32,000 nt of DNA, taken from Clostridiales bacterium. GTDB lineage: Bacteria > Bacillota > Clostridia > Christensenellales > Aristaeellaceae. The position numbers were made by a program, and so were the translations under genes. Under the pieces are notes generated by a model, which was given only the letters and a program-made list of their open reading frames with translations, was not told the origin of the DNA and made no database searches. Every line of letters begins with the position of its first letter. Position 1 is the first letter of the stretch. The stretch spans positions 7,058-39,057 of the forward strand of contig SFIM01000001.1 of the NCBI GenBank assembly GCA_004556155.1, given 5' to 3'. Positions 19,097 to 29,427 of this stretch are shown piece after piece.

Positions 19097-19125
19097 TTGA
19101 CAGCGCGGATAAATATCACTATGAT
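19097..19125 (+). promoter_or_regulatory. Sigma-A promoter (TTGACA-17-TATGAT) for the permease gene
   Basis: TTGACA at 19097-19102 and TATGAT at 19120-19125. Confidence 0.6.
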
Positions 19126-19175
19126 GGGTAACGTTTTTTTGAATGCTGCATGATGATGAAAGAGGCGCTTTACGG

Positions 19176-20333
19176 ATGGAGATTAAACGCGAAAACCCCG
19201 CATCCCGGCAGACCAGGATCGCTGCCTTTGTACGCAAAAACACGGTGCTGCTGATTGCTCTGGCGTTGGCGGTGCTGTCCATAGCACTGGTGCCGCCCGA
19301 CGAAGCCTACGCAGGCTATTATGACCTGAAAACCCTGTGCTGCCTGTTTGGGACGCTGGCAGTGGTGTGCGCGCTGAAGAATATTCACTTTTTCTCTATC
19401 CTGGCGCAGCGCATCATCGTGCTTACCGGCAGTGAGCGCACGGCGGCGCTGGCACTGGTGTACATCACCTTTATCGGCTCCATGCTCATCGCCAACGATA
19501 TGGCGCTGATCACCTTTCTGCCGCTGGGCTACTTTGTATTCTCCGTAACGGATAGCAAGCGCGATATGGCGGTGGTGTTTATCCTGCAAAACATTGCGGC
19601 CAACCTGGGCGGCATGCTTACACCCTTTGGCAACCCGCAGAATCTGTATCTGTACGCGCACTATCACATTGCAAATGGTGAGTTTGTATCCATCATGTTT
19701 CCGCCCTTTGCGGTGTCCATTGCGCTCATTACGATGTGCTGCCTGCTGCTGCCCAAGCGCGCGCTGCGCATTCAGGCCAGTCAGCAGGGGCAAGGCATGC
19801 GCCTGCCGCCTGCGCGCACGGCCTTTTATCTTGCGCTGTTTGCGCTGACGATATTGATGGTGTTCCGTCTGCTGCCTGCCTGGCTAGTGCTGGCGATATT
19901 GATCGTATCGCTTCTGATTGCCGATCGCAAGGCGCTAAAGATGGTGGATTACTGCCTGCTGCTGACCTTTGTGTGCTTCTTTACCTTTGCGGGCAACATG
20001 GCGCGGCTTGCGCCTGTGCGCAATGTGTTTTCGTCTTTACTGCAAAGAAACACGCTGCTCACTGCCGTGCTGTCCTGCCAGTGCATCAGCAATGTGCCCT
20101 CGGCCATTTTGCTTTCGCAGTTTACGCAGAATTATCCTGCTCTGCTGGTGGGCGTGAACATTGGCGGCGCGGGCACGCTGATTGCCTCCCTGGCCAGCCT
20201 GATTACCTTTCGGGAGTTCAGCGCGCATTATCGCGGCGAGGGGCGCTTTTATATCAAACTGTTTTCGGCTTTTAATTTCTCCTTTTTGCTGATATTGACG
20301 CTGTTTTCGCTGTTTGTGTGCAGAATCAGCTGA
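19176..20333 (+). CDS. ArsB/NhaD-superfamily anion permease (YbiR/SLC13-like)
   Basis: Polytopic membrane protein with LTPFGNPQNLYL and NIGGAGTLIASLASL motifs. The ATG at 19176 follows GAAAGAGG. The in-frame ATG at 19143 (track start) has no RBS and lies about 10 nt from the predicted transcription start, so the start choice is uncertain. Confidence 0.7.
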   Translation: MEIKRENPASRQTRIAAFVRKNTVLLIALALAVLSIALVPPDEAYAGYYDLKTLCCLFGTLAVVCALKNIHFFSILAQRIIVLTGSERTAALALVYITFIGSMLIANDMALITFLPLGYFVFSVTDSKRDMAVVFILQNIAANLGGMLTPFGNPQNLYLYAHYHIANGEFVSIMFPPFAVSIALITMCCLLLPKRALRIQASQQGQGMRLPPARTAFYLALFALTILMVFRLLPAWLVLAILIVSLLIADRKALKMVDYCLLLTFVCFFTFAGNMARLAPVRNVFSSLLQRNTLLTAVLSCQCISNVPSAILLSQFTQNYPALLVGVNIGGAGTLIASLASLITFREFSAHYRGEGRFYIKLFSAFNFSFLLILTLFSLFVCRIS

Positions 20334-20392
20334 GTAAGCGGGCTTGCTTCCTTAAAAATTGCTTTTCAGAGTGCAAAAAGGCGCAATCGCAC

Positions 20393-20422
20393 TTGACAGG
20401 GAAAAATAAGCGACGGTATAAT
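20393..20422 (+). promoter_or_regulatory. Sigma-A promoter (TTGACA-18-TATAAT) for the amidase gene
   Basis: TTGACA at 20393-20398 and TATAAT at 20417-20422. GGAGG RBS lies 7 nt before the ATG at 20456. Confidence 0.6.
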
Positions 20423-20455
20423 AATTTGAATAAACAGCTTACTGGAGGATGACGT

Positions 20456-21784
20456 ATGGCAAAGCGTTGGCTTGCGCTGATATTGGGAATTCTGATGGCT
20501 TTTCCGCTGTCTGCCTGGGCGGAGGGTTCTGCCGCCATGCAGATCGAAGCATCGCCGCACAGCGCGCGCTTTACCTATACCAACTCCACACAGCAGTTTA
20601 TCCTGGTGGAATACAAAACCACCGGCGATTATGGCAAGCTGGTTCTGTATAGCGAAAACGGCGCGTTTACCGGCGAATGCAGCCTTCCCGCTTCCTTTGA
20701 GCGCGAGCCGCTGATCCTGACCGTCAGCACGCTGGACGGCAAGGTGCTGGGGCGTTATGAAGCCACTACGGTCGCTGTGGCGTATCCCACGCCTGCAGAG
20801 AACCTGCCTGCGGCTGAGCGCAAGGCAGCCACCGCGCGCAATCTATCGCTGACCTATGACGGCGAGGGCGTGCATTACAGCTTTGACGCGCCCGGCCATA
20901 CCCAACTGTGGCTGCGCTGCCGCAGCGGCCAGGAGAAGCACGAGCTGCCCATCTATCCCGGCGAGAACTGGCATTTTGAGGGCACGCTGCCTATGAACTG
21001 CACCTATAACGACGCCTATCTTTTCCTGCGCATCAGCTCGGCCAATAAGAGCAGCGTGCTCTATGAGGACGACAGCCTGGACACTTATCTGGAAATGCCT
21101 GCCGCTGCCGAGCAGGCGGCCGAGGGGCGGCTCAAGGGCGTGACCGTGTGCATCGATCCTGGCCATCAGCGTCAGACGCAGGTGGAAACAGTCAAGCGCG
21201 CGCCCAATATGTCCGAGCGCGTAACTACCCGCGTGGGCAGCGCCAGCGGCATGGCAACGGGCCGCAAGGAATCCATTGTGACGCTGGAAGTGGGCGTACT
21301 GCTGCGCGATTTGCTGCTGGCCGAGGGCGCCACGGTGGTGATGACCCGCGATACCCAGAAGACCTTTGTCGGTATGCTGGAGCGCGCCGATATTCCCAAC
21401 AATGCGGGCGCGGACTTTGTGCTGCGGCTGCACTGCAACTCGGGCAATCAGTGGGCCAAGGGCATTCAGGTGTATTGTCCCAGCGATTCCTCCTATGCCC
21501 GCGAAGTGGCGGATATGGATACCTATCGTACCATGGGCAATACGCTGCTGTCGGCCATCAAGACTGCCACGGGGCAAACGCGTGGCGACTGCACGCTCAA
21601 TAACAGTTATGTGGGCAACAACTGGTCCAAGATGCCCTCGTTCCTGGTGGAGATGGGGTATATGACCAGCCAGGAAGAGGACTATCTGCTTTCCACCCCT
21701 GTTTATCAGCAGTGGCTGGCACAGGGCATGGTGGAGGGGGTTGTGCAGCTGGCGCAGCTGCGCGGGCTGATTGACAAACAATAA
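20456..21784 (+). CDS. Secreted N-acetylmuramoyl-L-alanine amidase (Amidase_3) with an uncharacterised N-terminal domain pair
   Basis: 442 aa with signal peptide MAKRWLALILGILMAFPLSAWA. The C-terminal Amidase_3 blocks are VCIDPGHQ, FVLRLHCNS and SFLVEMGYMTS. Confidence 0.85.
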   Translation: MAKRWLALILGILMAFPLSAWAEGSAAMQIEASPHSARFTYTNSTQQFILVEYKTTGDYGKLVLYSENGAFTGECSLPASFEREPLILTVSTLDGKVLGRYEATTVAVAYPTPAENLPAAERKAATARNLSLTYDGEGVHYSFDAPGHTQLWLRCRSGQEKHELPIYPGENWHFEGTLPMNCTYNDAYLFLRISSANKSSVLYEDDSLDTYLEMPAAAEQAAEGRLKGVTVCIDPGHQRQTQVETVKRAPNMSERVTTRVGSASGMATGRKESIVTLEVGVLLRDLLLAEGATVVMTRDTQKTFVGMLERADIPNNAGADFVLRLHCNSGNQWAKGIQVYCPSDSSYAREVADMDTYRTMGNTLLSAIKTATGQTRGDCTLNNSYVGNNWSKMPSFLVEMGYMTSQEEDYLLSTPVYQQWLAQGMVEGVVQLAQLRGLIDKQ

Positions 21785-21811
21785 CGATTAAAACAAGAAA
21801 GGCGAAATCTC

Positions 21812-22993
21812 GTGTCAGAAGCTGAAACGATACGTTTTGACTCGCTGGATATCTCCGGCGAGGTGCTGCGGGCGGTGGCAAAAATGGGCTTCACCGCTAT
21901 GACCCCGGTGCAGGCGCGCACCATTCCCGTGATGATGGCGGGCAACGACGTCATTGCCATTGCCCCTACGGGCACAGGCAAAACCTGCGCCTTCGGCATC
22001 CCGATGCTGGAGTATTTGCAGCTGAAAGAGGATTACATTCAGGAGCTGGTTATCGCCCCTACCCGTGAGCTGGCTGTGCAGATTGCCCAGGAGCTCTCCG
22101 CCCTGGCACGCTATATTCCCGAGGCGCGCATTGCCACGCTGTACGGCGGTCAGCCCATTGCCAAGCAGATGCAGCAGCTCAAGCGCAAGCCGCAGATTGT
22201 GGTGGCTACGCCCGGCCGTATGCTGGATATGATGCACCGCGGCCTGGCGCGCGTGGATCGCGTGCACACCATGGTGATCGACGAGGCGGACGAGATGCTC
22301 AAGATGGGCTTTGTCAAGGACGTCACCTCCATCATCGAGGCCACCCCACAGGATCGTCAGCTGGTGATGTTCTCTGCCACTACCAATCAGGATGTAATGA
22401 CCATTAGCTGGAAGTATCAGTACCAGCCGGTGGAAATCACCGTAGAGGCCGTGGCCGAAAACAAGCCGCAGATTGCCCAGTATATCATTGAGGCCGATCG
22501 CCAGAACAAGGAAGACCGCCTGCTGTATCTGTTGGACGCGGACGAGTATCACCGCATTATCATCTTTACCAACACCAAGTTTATGACCGACCGGCTGTGC
22601 AGCTTTCTGCAAAAGAAGGGCTATGATGCGCAGTGCATCCACGGCGATATTCCGCAGGGCAAGCGCACCAAGGTGATGAACGATTTCAAGCACGGCAAGT
22701 TCCCCATCCTGGTATGCACGGATGTGGCTGCGCGCGGCATCGATGTGTTTGATGTCGAGGCCGTGATCAACTATGACCTGCCGCAGGAGAACGAATACTA
22801 CACGCACCGTATCGGCCGCACGGGCCGAGCCAAGCGCCACGGCGTGGCGTTTACGCTGATGAGTTTTCAGGAGTCTGTGCGCATGGATGAGATCCTGCGT
22901 TATTTGCAGGGCGATAAGCCTGAAAAGCTGGAATTTGACGAAATGGGCGTGCTGCGTCATGCCGACGGCAGCGCGTTCTTTGAAAATGTATAA
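21812..22993 (+). CDS. DEAD-box ATP-dependent RNA helicase
   Basis: GTG start. Q-motif region, motif I APTGTGKT, motif II VIDEADEM, motif III SAT and motif VI HRIGRTGRA. Confidence 0.9.
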   Translation: MSEAETIRFDSLDISGEVLRAVAKMGFTAMTPVQARTIPVMMAGNDVIAIAPTGTGKTCAFGIPMLEYLQLKEDYIQELVIAPTRELAVQIAQELSALARYIPEARIATLYGGQPIAKQMQQLKRKPQIVVATPGRMLDMMHRGLARVDRVHTMVIDEADEMLKMGFVKDVTSIIEATPQDRQLVMFSATTNQDVMTISWKYQYQPVEITVEAVAENKPQIAQYIIEADRQNKEDRLLYLLDADEYHRIIIFTNTKFMTDRLCSFLQKKGYDAQCIHGDIPQGKRTKVMNDFKHGKFPILVCTDVAARGIDVFDVEAVINYDLPQENEYYTHRIGRTGRAKRHGVAFTLMSFQESVRMDEILRYLQGDKPEKLEFDEMGVLRHADGSAFFENV

Positions 22994-23017
22994 CAAACAA
23001 CAAGGAGGACGCAACCT

Positions 23018-23746
23018 ATGCTTACTTCCCGCGATATCGCCAAGATGCTGGATCACAGCACCCTTCAGCCCTTCCTGACGGAAAAGGACATCCGTCATGG
23101 CTGCGAGGTAGCCATCAAGTATGGCACCGCCACCGTGTGCGCTCGTCCGCAGGATATGGAAATCGTTGTGCCTATGCTGAATGGTACGGGCGTGCTGCCC
23201 TGCACGGTAATTGGCTTCCCGCACGGCGCGCACACCATGGAAATCAAGGCCATGGAAGCCGCCCGCGCACTGGAGGACGGCTGCCGCGAGCTGGATATGG
23301 TGATCAACATCGGTCGCATGCTGGGCGGCGATTACGACTATGTGGAGCGCGAAATCAAGACCCTGGCCGAGCTGTGCCATGATCAGGAAGCCATCCTGAA
23401 AGTCATCATCGAAACCTGCTACCTCAGCGACGAGCAGAAGGTGAAGGCCTGCCAGCTGAGCGAAAGCGCGGGCGCGGACTTTGTAAAGACCAGCACGGGC
23501 TATGGCACCGCGGGCGCGAAGATTGCCGACGTGGCGCTGATGCGCCGCACGGTATCCGACCGCGTGCGGGTCAAGGCCAGCGGCGGCATCCGTAATCTGG
23601 ATACCGTGCTGTCCTGCCGTGCGGTGGGCGCAGCGCGCTGCGGCGTATCCGCCACCGAGGCAATCATGGAGGAGGCCATTCGCCGCGAGCAGGAGGGCAC
23701 GCTTGTGATGCCCGAAAACCTGACCGAAATGAACGGCGGTTATTAA
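23018..23746 (+). CDS. deoC: Deoxyribose-phosphate aldolase
   Basis: AAGGAGGA RBS. DeoC blocks are LDHSTLQP, VIGFPHG, ELDMVINIG, DFVKTSTGY (Schiff-base Lys region) and VKASGGIR. Confidence 0.9.
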   Translation: MLTSRDIAKMLDHSTLQPFLTEKDIRHGCEVAIKYGTATVCARPQDMEIVVPMLNGTGVLPCTVIGFPHGAHTMEIKAMEAARALEDGCRELDMVINIGRMLGGDYDYVEREIKTLAELCHDQEAILKVIIETCYLSDEQKVKACQLSESAGADFVKTSTGYGTAGAKIADVALMRRTVSDRVRVKASGGIRNLDTVLSCRAVGAARCGVSATEAIMEEAIRREQEGTLVMPENLTEMNGGY

Positions 23747-23756
23747 AATAAGAGCA

Positions 23757-23804
23757 AGCAGGCTGTCTCTCATGCTCAAGGGCATGCGTGGCAGCCTGCT
23801 TTTT
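23757..23804 (+). terminator. Rho-independent terminator after deoC
   Basis: Outer stem AGCAGGCTG / CAGCCTGCT with inner CATGC/GCATG pairing, followed by T5. Confidence 0.75.
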
Positions 23805-23809
23805 GCGTT

Positions 23810-23843
23810 AAAAACGGTACTTTCTTGTGCAAAGAAAGTACCG
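23810..23843 (-). terminator. Rho-independent terminator for the convergent epimerase gene
   Basis: Perfect 12-bp stem CGGTACTTTCTT-gtgca-AAGAAAGTACCG (23815-23843). On the minus strand it is followed directly by T5 (plus-strand A5 at 23810-23814). Confidence 0.6.
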
Positions 23844-23950
23844 CAAAATGGAATTTGCCGTTTAGGAGCGATTGCAGAAGGCGTTGATTGCACCTGTCAG
23901 CGACAGCACAATCAAGAGAACAGGATTAATGACTTGATAAACGTGATGCG

Positions 23951-24613
23951 TTATTTAACGCACTCCCGGAACTTGGCAATGGCTTCGTCCATGGGCATGG
24001 ACTTGGTGAACACGCTGGAGGAGCCGCATACAAAGATATCGGCGCTCTGTGCGCGCATCTTGGGGGCCATTTCAAAGCTGCAATTGCCGTCCACCTCGAT
24101 GGGCAGGTGCGCAAGACCGTGCCTGGCCAGCAGCTCGCGGGTTTCGTGAATCTTGGCAATCGTCTCAGGCACGGCCTTCTGGCCGGCAAAGCCGGGATTG
24201 ACCGTCATCACCAGCACGCCGTCAATCAGGTCGATCACATCCTCCAGCACCGATACGGGCGTGGGGGGATTGATGGCCGCCAGGGGCTTCGCGCCTGCAT
24301 CGCGCACCAGCTGCAGGGCCTGCCGCCAGTTCTTGGTGCTTTCATGGTGAACGCTTACAAACTCGCCCGGCTGAAAATCAAACCAGCTGATTTTCTTTTC
24401 CGGCTCGGTAATCATCAGGTGAATATCCAGCGGAATGCTGGTCAGCTTGCGCAGCTGCTTTACATAATCGGTGCCCAGCATCAGGTTTGGCACAAAGCAG
24501 CCGTCCATTACGTCGATATGCAGATATTCAATTCCAGCCTTTTCAAAGGCGCGCAGGGTTTCATCCAGCTTGTCAATCTGCGCGCACATCATCGAGGGAG
24601 CCAACATGCCCAT
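23951..24613 (-). CDS. Ribulose-phosphate 3-epimerase family protein (AlsE-like hexulose-phosphate epimerase)
   Basis: GGAGGA RBS lies 7 nt before the ATG at 24613, so the track start at 24652 is an extension. Family blocks are SMMCAQ, HIDVMDGCFVPNL, DIHLM, MTVNPGFAGQ and IEVDG. Confidence 0.85.
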   Translation of the reverse strand: MGMLAPSMMCAQIDKLDETLRAFEKAGIEYLHIDVMDGCFVPNLMLGTDYVKQLRKLTSIPLDIHLMITEPEKKISWFDFQPGEFVSVHHESTKNWRQALQLVRDAGAKPLAAINPPTPVSVLEDVIDLIDGVLVMTVNPGFAGQKAVPETIAKIHETRELLARHGLAHLPIEVDGNCSFEMAPKMRAQSADIFVCGSSSVFTKSMPMDEAIAKFRECVK

Positions 24614-24665
24614 GGTTTGATCCTCCGTATCCATTTGATTGCTTGGGCGCACACGTGCCTAAGAC

Positions 24666-24694
24666 AGTATGCCGCAATTTATCCGCCGCGTCAA
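24666..24694 (-). promoter_or_regulatory. Candidate promoter (TTGACG-17-CATACT) for the epimerase gene
   Basis: On the minus strand, TTGACG is at 24694-24689 and CATACT at 24671-24666. Confidence 0.4.
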
Positions 24695-24733
24695 GCAAAA
24701 AATGCGGAGAACGCCGTGCCAGCCCGAGCGCTG

Positions 24734-24762
24734 AAAAGGGGCTGCCGGTTTTGGCAGTCCCT
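24734..24762 (-). terminator. Weak terminator-like hairpin after the XRE-family gene
   Basis: On the minus strand, AGGGaCTGCC-aaaacc-GGCAGCCCCT is followed by TTTT. Confidence 0.45.
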
Positions 24763-24787
24763 CAGGTTAATGCTTGGGCGGGCTGCG

Positions 24788-25438
24788 TTATTCGCTTTTT
24801 TGCCTGCTCTTTTCATCTGCGAGGAAGGCATGGCCAATCGCCATTCCCGCAAGCGAGGCAGCCGTTCCGATCAGAAAAAAGGTGAGCGTTTGCAAATCGA
24901 GCTGATTGAAAAGGGAGCTTTCCCTCATGCCATCGCCCGCATAGACGGAAAGCGTGAACATCACGCCCAAGCCAATGGATACAAGCCACTTGCGCTTTCC
25001 CCAAAGATTGTTTTTCCCAATCAAAAATGACAGGATTATCGTCGCTGCCGGCAGCACAAGCCATTGAAACGCGCCTGCCTGCGCCTGAGCGATCCCTCCC
25101 GCGGAAAAAAACCATGATGCCGCGATGTTGAGCACCCATATCACCAGATAGGATATCACCAGTATCAGCCTGGACAGCCTGGCCTTGCTTTTTACCGTGT
25201 TTGTGCTCTCCTCAATATAATCCAGATAGCCTTTCATCGATGCTTCTCCTTTCAACAGGTAATCAAGACTGACACCGTATAAATCACTCATTTTCAGCAC
25301 GCTGACGATATCGGGATAGGATCTTTCATTCTCCCAGTTCGATACCGTCTGCCTGCTGACGCCAAGCGCCTCCGCGGCCTGCTCCTGCGTGATCCTCGCG
25401 TCCGTTCTTGACTTTTTGATTTTGCTGCCAATGTCCAT
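24788..25438 (-). CDS. XRE-family HTH regulator fused to a multi-pass membrane domain
   Basis: The N-terminal HTH_3 reads ITQEQAAEALGVSRQTVSNWENERSYPDIVSVLKMSDLYGVSLDYLL. About 4 hydrophobic helices follow. Confidence 0.8.
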   Translation of the reverse strand: MDIGSKIKKSRTDARITQEQAAEALGVSRQTVSNWENERSYPDIVSVLKMSDLYGVSLDYLLKGEASMKGYLDYIEESTNTVKSKARLSRLILVISYLVIWVLNIAASWFFSAGGIAQAQAGAFQWLVLPAATIILSFLIGKNNLWGKRKWLVSIGLGVMFTLSVYAGDGMRESSLFNQLDLQTLTFFLIGTAASLAGMAIGHAFLADEKSRQKSE

Positions 25439-25470
25439 GTGCCTGCCCTCCTTGCATTAACCTGATCTGG

Positions 25471-25499
25471 ATGATACATGATATGAAAAGCCCTGTCCA
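25471..25499 (-). promoter_or_regulatory. Candidate promoter (TGGACA-17-TATCAT) for the XRE-family gene
   Basis: On the minus strand, TGGACA is at 25499-25494 and TATCAT at 25476-25471, about 33 nt upstream of the ATG. Confidence 0.4.
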
Positions 25500-25848
25500 T
25501 CAAAGCGCTTTTACAGGGCGGAATTTCCCTGTCAAAATGCTTTTGCATCGCCGGGACGCAGCGGTCAAGCTGCGCGCCCTGCGCCGGAAGCCGGTTTCCG
25601 CGCCTCCCGCAGCCGAAGCTGGCTGCCCGCAGGGCCTGCCTGCCGGTGAACGGCTCCTTCCAGAGTTTAGCACAGGCCGCATCAGTTTTCCACCGCTTTT
25701 GCGCCCGATGCCCCAAACGGACAGCCTCCGCCGCCCGGCCGCCTGCGGGAAAAACAGCAAAGAGCGCCTGTCTGCCGCGGCGCAAAAAGCGGCGGGCGCT
25801 TCTTTTGCCGTTTTGGCGGACATATGTGTATTTTTCAGGCTTTTTTGA

Positions 25849-25877
25849 TTGCATTGCATCCGCGCAAGTGCTATAAT
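25849..25877 (+). promoter_or_regulatory. Sigma-A promoter for proS (TTGCAT-17-TGcTATAAT)
   Basis: TTGCAT at 25849-25854 and an extended -10 TGCTATAAT at 25869-25877. The leader to the ATG at 25913 is only about 30 nt. Confidence 0.6.
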
Positions 25878-25912
25878 TGAGCAGATTCAGGATAACGGGA
25901 GGGGTTTTAGCT

Positions 25913-27637
25913 ATGAAGCTTGCCAACATGCTGGGCGATCGTTTCCGCGAGACGCCGGCAGATTGCCAGATTATCAGCCAGATTTTTATGATCCGCGGCG
26001 GCTATATGAAGCAGGTTGCCAACGGCATCTATTCGCTGAATATGCCCGCGCGGCGCATTGTGCGCAAAATTGAAAACATCCTGCGCGAGGAAATGGATGC
26101 CATCGACGGCCAGGAAGTACTCTTCCCCGTGGTGATGCCCGCCGACCTGTGGCGCGAAAGCGGCCGCTATGATAAGATCGGCAGTGAGCTGGCGCGCTTT
26201 AAAGATCGCAGCGGCAACGATATGGTGCTGGGTATGACCCATGAGGAAGCCAGCGTGCAGCTGGTGCGCGGCACGCCCAAGCCCGAGTCCGCCTTCCCCT
26301 TCATGATCTATCAGATTCAGACCAAGTTCCGTGATGAGCCCCGCGCCCGCGGCGGTCTGATCCGCGTGCGCGAGTTTACGATGAAGGACGCTTACTCCTT
26401 CCACACCTCGCAGGCCGATCTGGAAAAATATTATGACCGCTGCTATCATGCCTATGAGCGCATCTTCGCCCGCTGCGGCGTGCCGGAGGTGGTGGCCGTC
26501 AAGTCCGACAGCGGCATGATGGGCGGCAATATCTCCCATGAGTTCATGCTGCTTACCGATATCGGCGAGGATACCATCGTCACCTGCCCCGAGTGCGGCT
26601 ATCGCTCCAACATGGAAGCGGCCGACTGCGTGGTGGTTAACGAAAAGATCGGCGAAGCGCCGCTGACCAAGGTGGCCACGCCCGATCAGACGACCATGGA
26701 GGATGTGTGCGCCTTCCTGCATACCGACCTGAAGAACGCCCTCAAGGCCGTTGTCTATCAGGAAAATCTGACCGACAAGTACATCGTCGTGTTCATCCGC
26801 GGCGATCTGGAAGTGAACGAGACCAAGCTGCGCAATTTCGTGGGCTGCGAGATTCACCCTGCCGATATCACCGAGGACAGCGGCATCGTCAAGGGCTTTA
26901 TCGGCCCGGTTAACTTTAAGGGCAACGCGCGCGTGCTGTTTGATAAATCGCTGGACGGTACGGACAACCTGGTGTGCGGCGCAAACGAGGAAGGTTATCA
27001 CTATACCGGCCTGAACCTGGAGCGCGATGTGAAGGTGGAATCCTTCTGTGATGTGGCCAAGCCCGTTGCGGGTGGTATCTGCCCCGTGTGCGGCAAGCAC
27101 AGCATCAACATCAGCCGCGGCATCGAGGTGGGCAATATCTTCCAGCTGGGAACCAAGTATTCTCATGCCATGGGTTTGCAGTTCCAGAACAAGAACGGCG
27201 GCTTGGAAGACGTGATCATGGGCTGCTACGGCATCGGCGTGGGCCGTCTGTGCGCTTCTGTGTGCGAGGTGCGGCATGACGATTACGGCCCCATCTGGCC
27301 CATTAGCATCGCGCCCTGGCAGGTGCATCTGTGCGCCATGCGCGTGGATAAGCCCGAGGTACGCGAGGCGGCCGACGCGCTGTACGATAAGCTGCAGAAG
27401 GCTGGCGTAGAGGTGATCTACGATGATCGCGCGGTCAGCGCGGGCGTGATGTTCTCCGATGCCGATCTGCTGGGCGTGCCCGTGCGCGTGGTGGTCAGCC
27501 CCAAGACGCTGGCGCGCGGCGCTGTGGAAATCTCCGCGCGCGACAAGTCCTTCCGCCAGGATGCGGCGGTGGAATATGCCTGCGAGGAAATTCAGGGTAT
27601 CGTCAAGGATATGCTGTCCCGCTGCTCTGCCGACTAA
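25913..27637 (+). CDS. proS: Proline--tRNA ligase
   Basis: GGGAGGGG RBS precedes the ATG at 25913; the track start at 25877 is a TTG inside the -10 box. Class II motifs and ProRS blocks are FMIRGGYMKQVANGIYS, FRDEPRARGGLIRVREFTMKDAYSF and GCYGIGVGR. An anticodon-binding C-terminus is present. Confidence 0.95.
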   Translation: MKLANMLGDRFRETPADCQIISQIFMIRGGYMKQVANGIYSLNMPARRIVRKIENILREEMDAIDGQEVLFPVVMPADLWRESGRYDKIGSELARFKDRSGNDMVLGMTHEEASVQLVRGTPKPESAFPFMIYQIQTKFRDEPRARGGLIRVREFTMKDAYSFHTSQADLEKYYDRCYHAYERIFARCGVPEVVAVKSDSGMMGGNISHEFMLLTDIGEDTIVTCPECGYRSNMEAADCVVVNEKIGEAPLTKVATPDQTTMEDVCAFLHTDLKNALKAVVYQENLTDKYIVVFIRGDLEVNETKLRNFVGCEIHPADITEDSGIVKGFIGPVNFKGNARVLFDKSLDGTDNLVCGANEEGYHYTGLNLERDVKVESFCDVAKPVAGGICPVCGKHSINISRGIEVGNIFQLGTKYSHAMGLQFQNKNGGLEDVIMGCYGIGVGRLCASVCEVRHDDYGPIWPISIAPWQVHLCAMRVDKPEVREAADALYDKLQKAGVEVIYDDRAVSAGVMFSDADLLGVPVRVVVSPKTLARGAVEISARDKSFRQDAAVEYACEEIQGIVKDMLSRCSAD

Positions 27638-27654
27638 GCAATCAGAATATAACG

Positions 27655-27698
27655 CTGCGCCCCTTCCGGATTGTAACACCGGAAGGGGCGCAGTTTTT
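27655..27698. terminator. Terminator between convergent proS and pyrG
   Basis: Perfect 15-bp stem CTGCGCCCCTTCCGG-attgtaaca-CCGGAAGGGGCGCAG with T5 on the plus strand. The minus-strand tail is weaker (CGTTATATT). Confidence 0.85.
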
Positions 27699-27720
27699 AT
27701 GTTCACATAAACGGTTCTTT

Positions 27721-29319
<1,599 letters not shown>

Positions 29320-29427
29320 GTGTAGCGCTCCTTTCAGAATACGCCGGGCTGCCTGCCTGGCTGTGGAAAAGCGTTTTATCCAGGAAGATTTGCGAGAACA
29401 TATGCTATTTTACCCGCGCCGGTTGAC

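Noticed and set aside
21815-23893. A 692-aa ORF antisense to the helicase gene, deoC and the intergenic regions between them
   Set aside because: It spans two real genes plus their spacer and terminator. The composition is H/R/A/G-rich with no motifs. It is a stop-free frame produced by GC3 bias.
24640-24780. The 10-nt direct repeat TGCTTGGGCG at 24640-24649 and 24771-24780
   Set aside because: It is a single short pair in GC-rich DNA with no associated structure or mobile gene. It is consistent with chance.
25471-25859. Overlapping 125-aa (plus) and 119-aa (minus) ORFs, and the 211-aa ORF at 25294-25929 (minus)
   Set aside because: All are R/A/P/G-rich, lack an RBS and overlap one another and the XRE-family gene. 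They are most likely non-coding.
25440-25912. A T-box leader upstream of proS
   Set aside because: I could not find the T-box consensus (..GGUGGUACCGCG..) or a Stem I specifier layout on either strand. A good promoter (TTGCAT-17-TGcTATAAT) sits only about 35 nt before the proS ATG.
25907-27706. A 599-aa ORF antisense to proS
   Set aside because: It is a shadow frame. proS is unambiguous on the plus strand.
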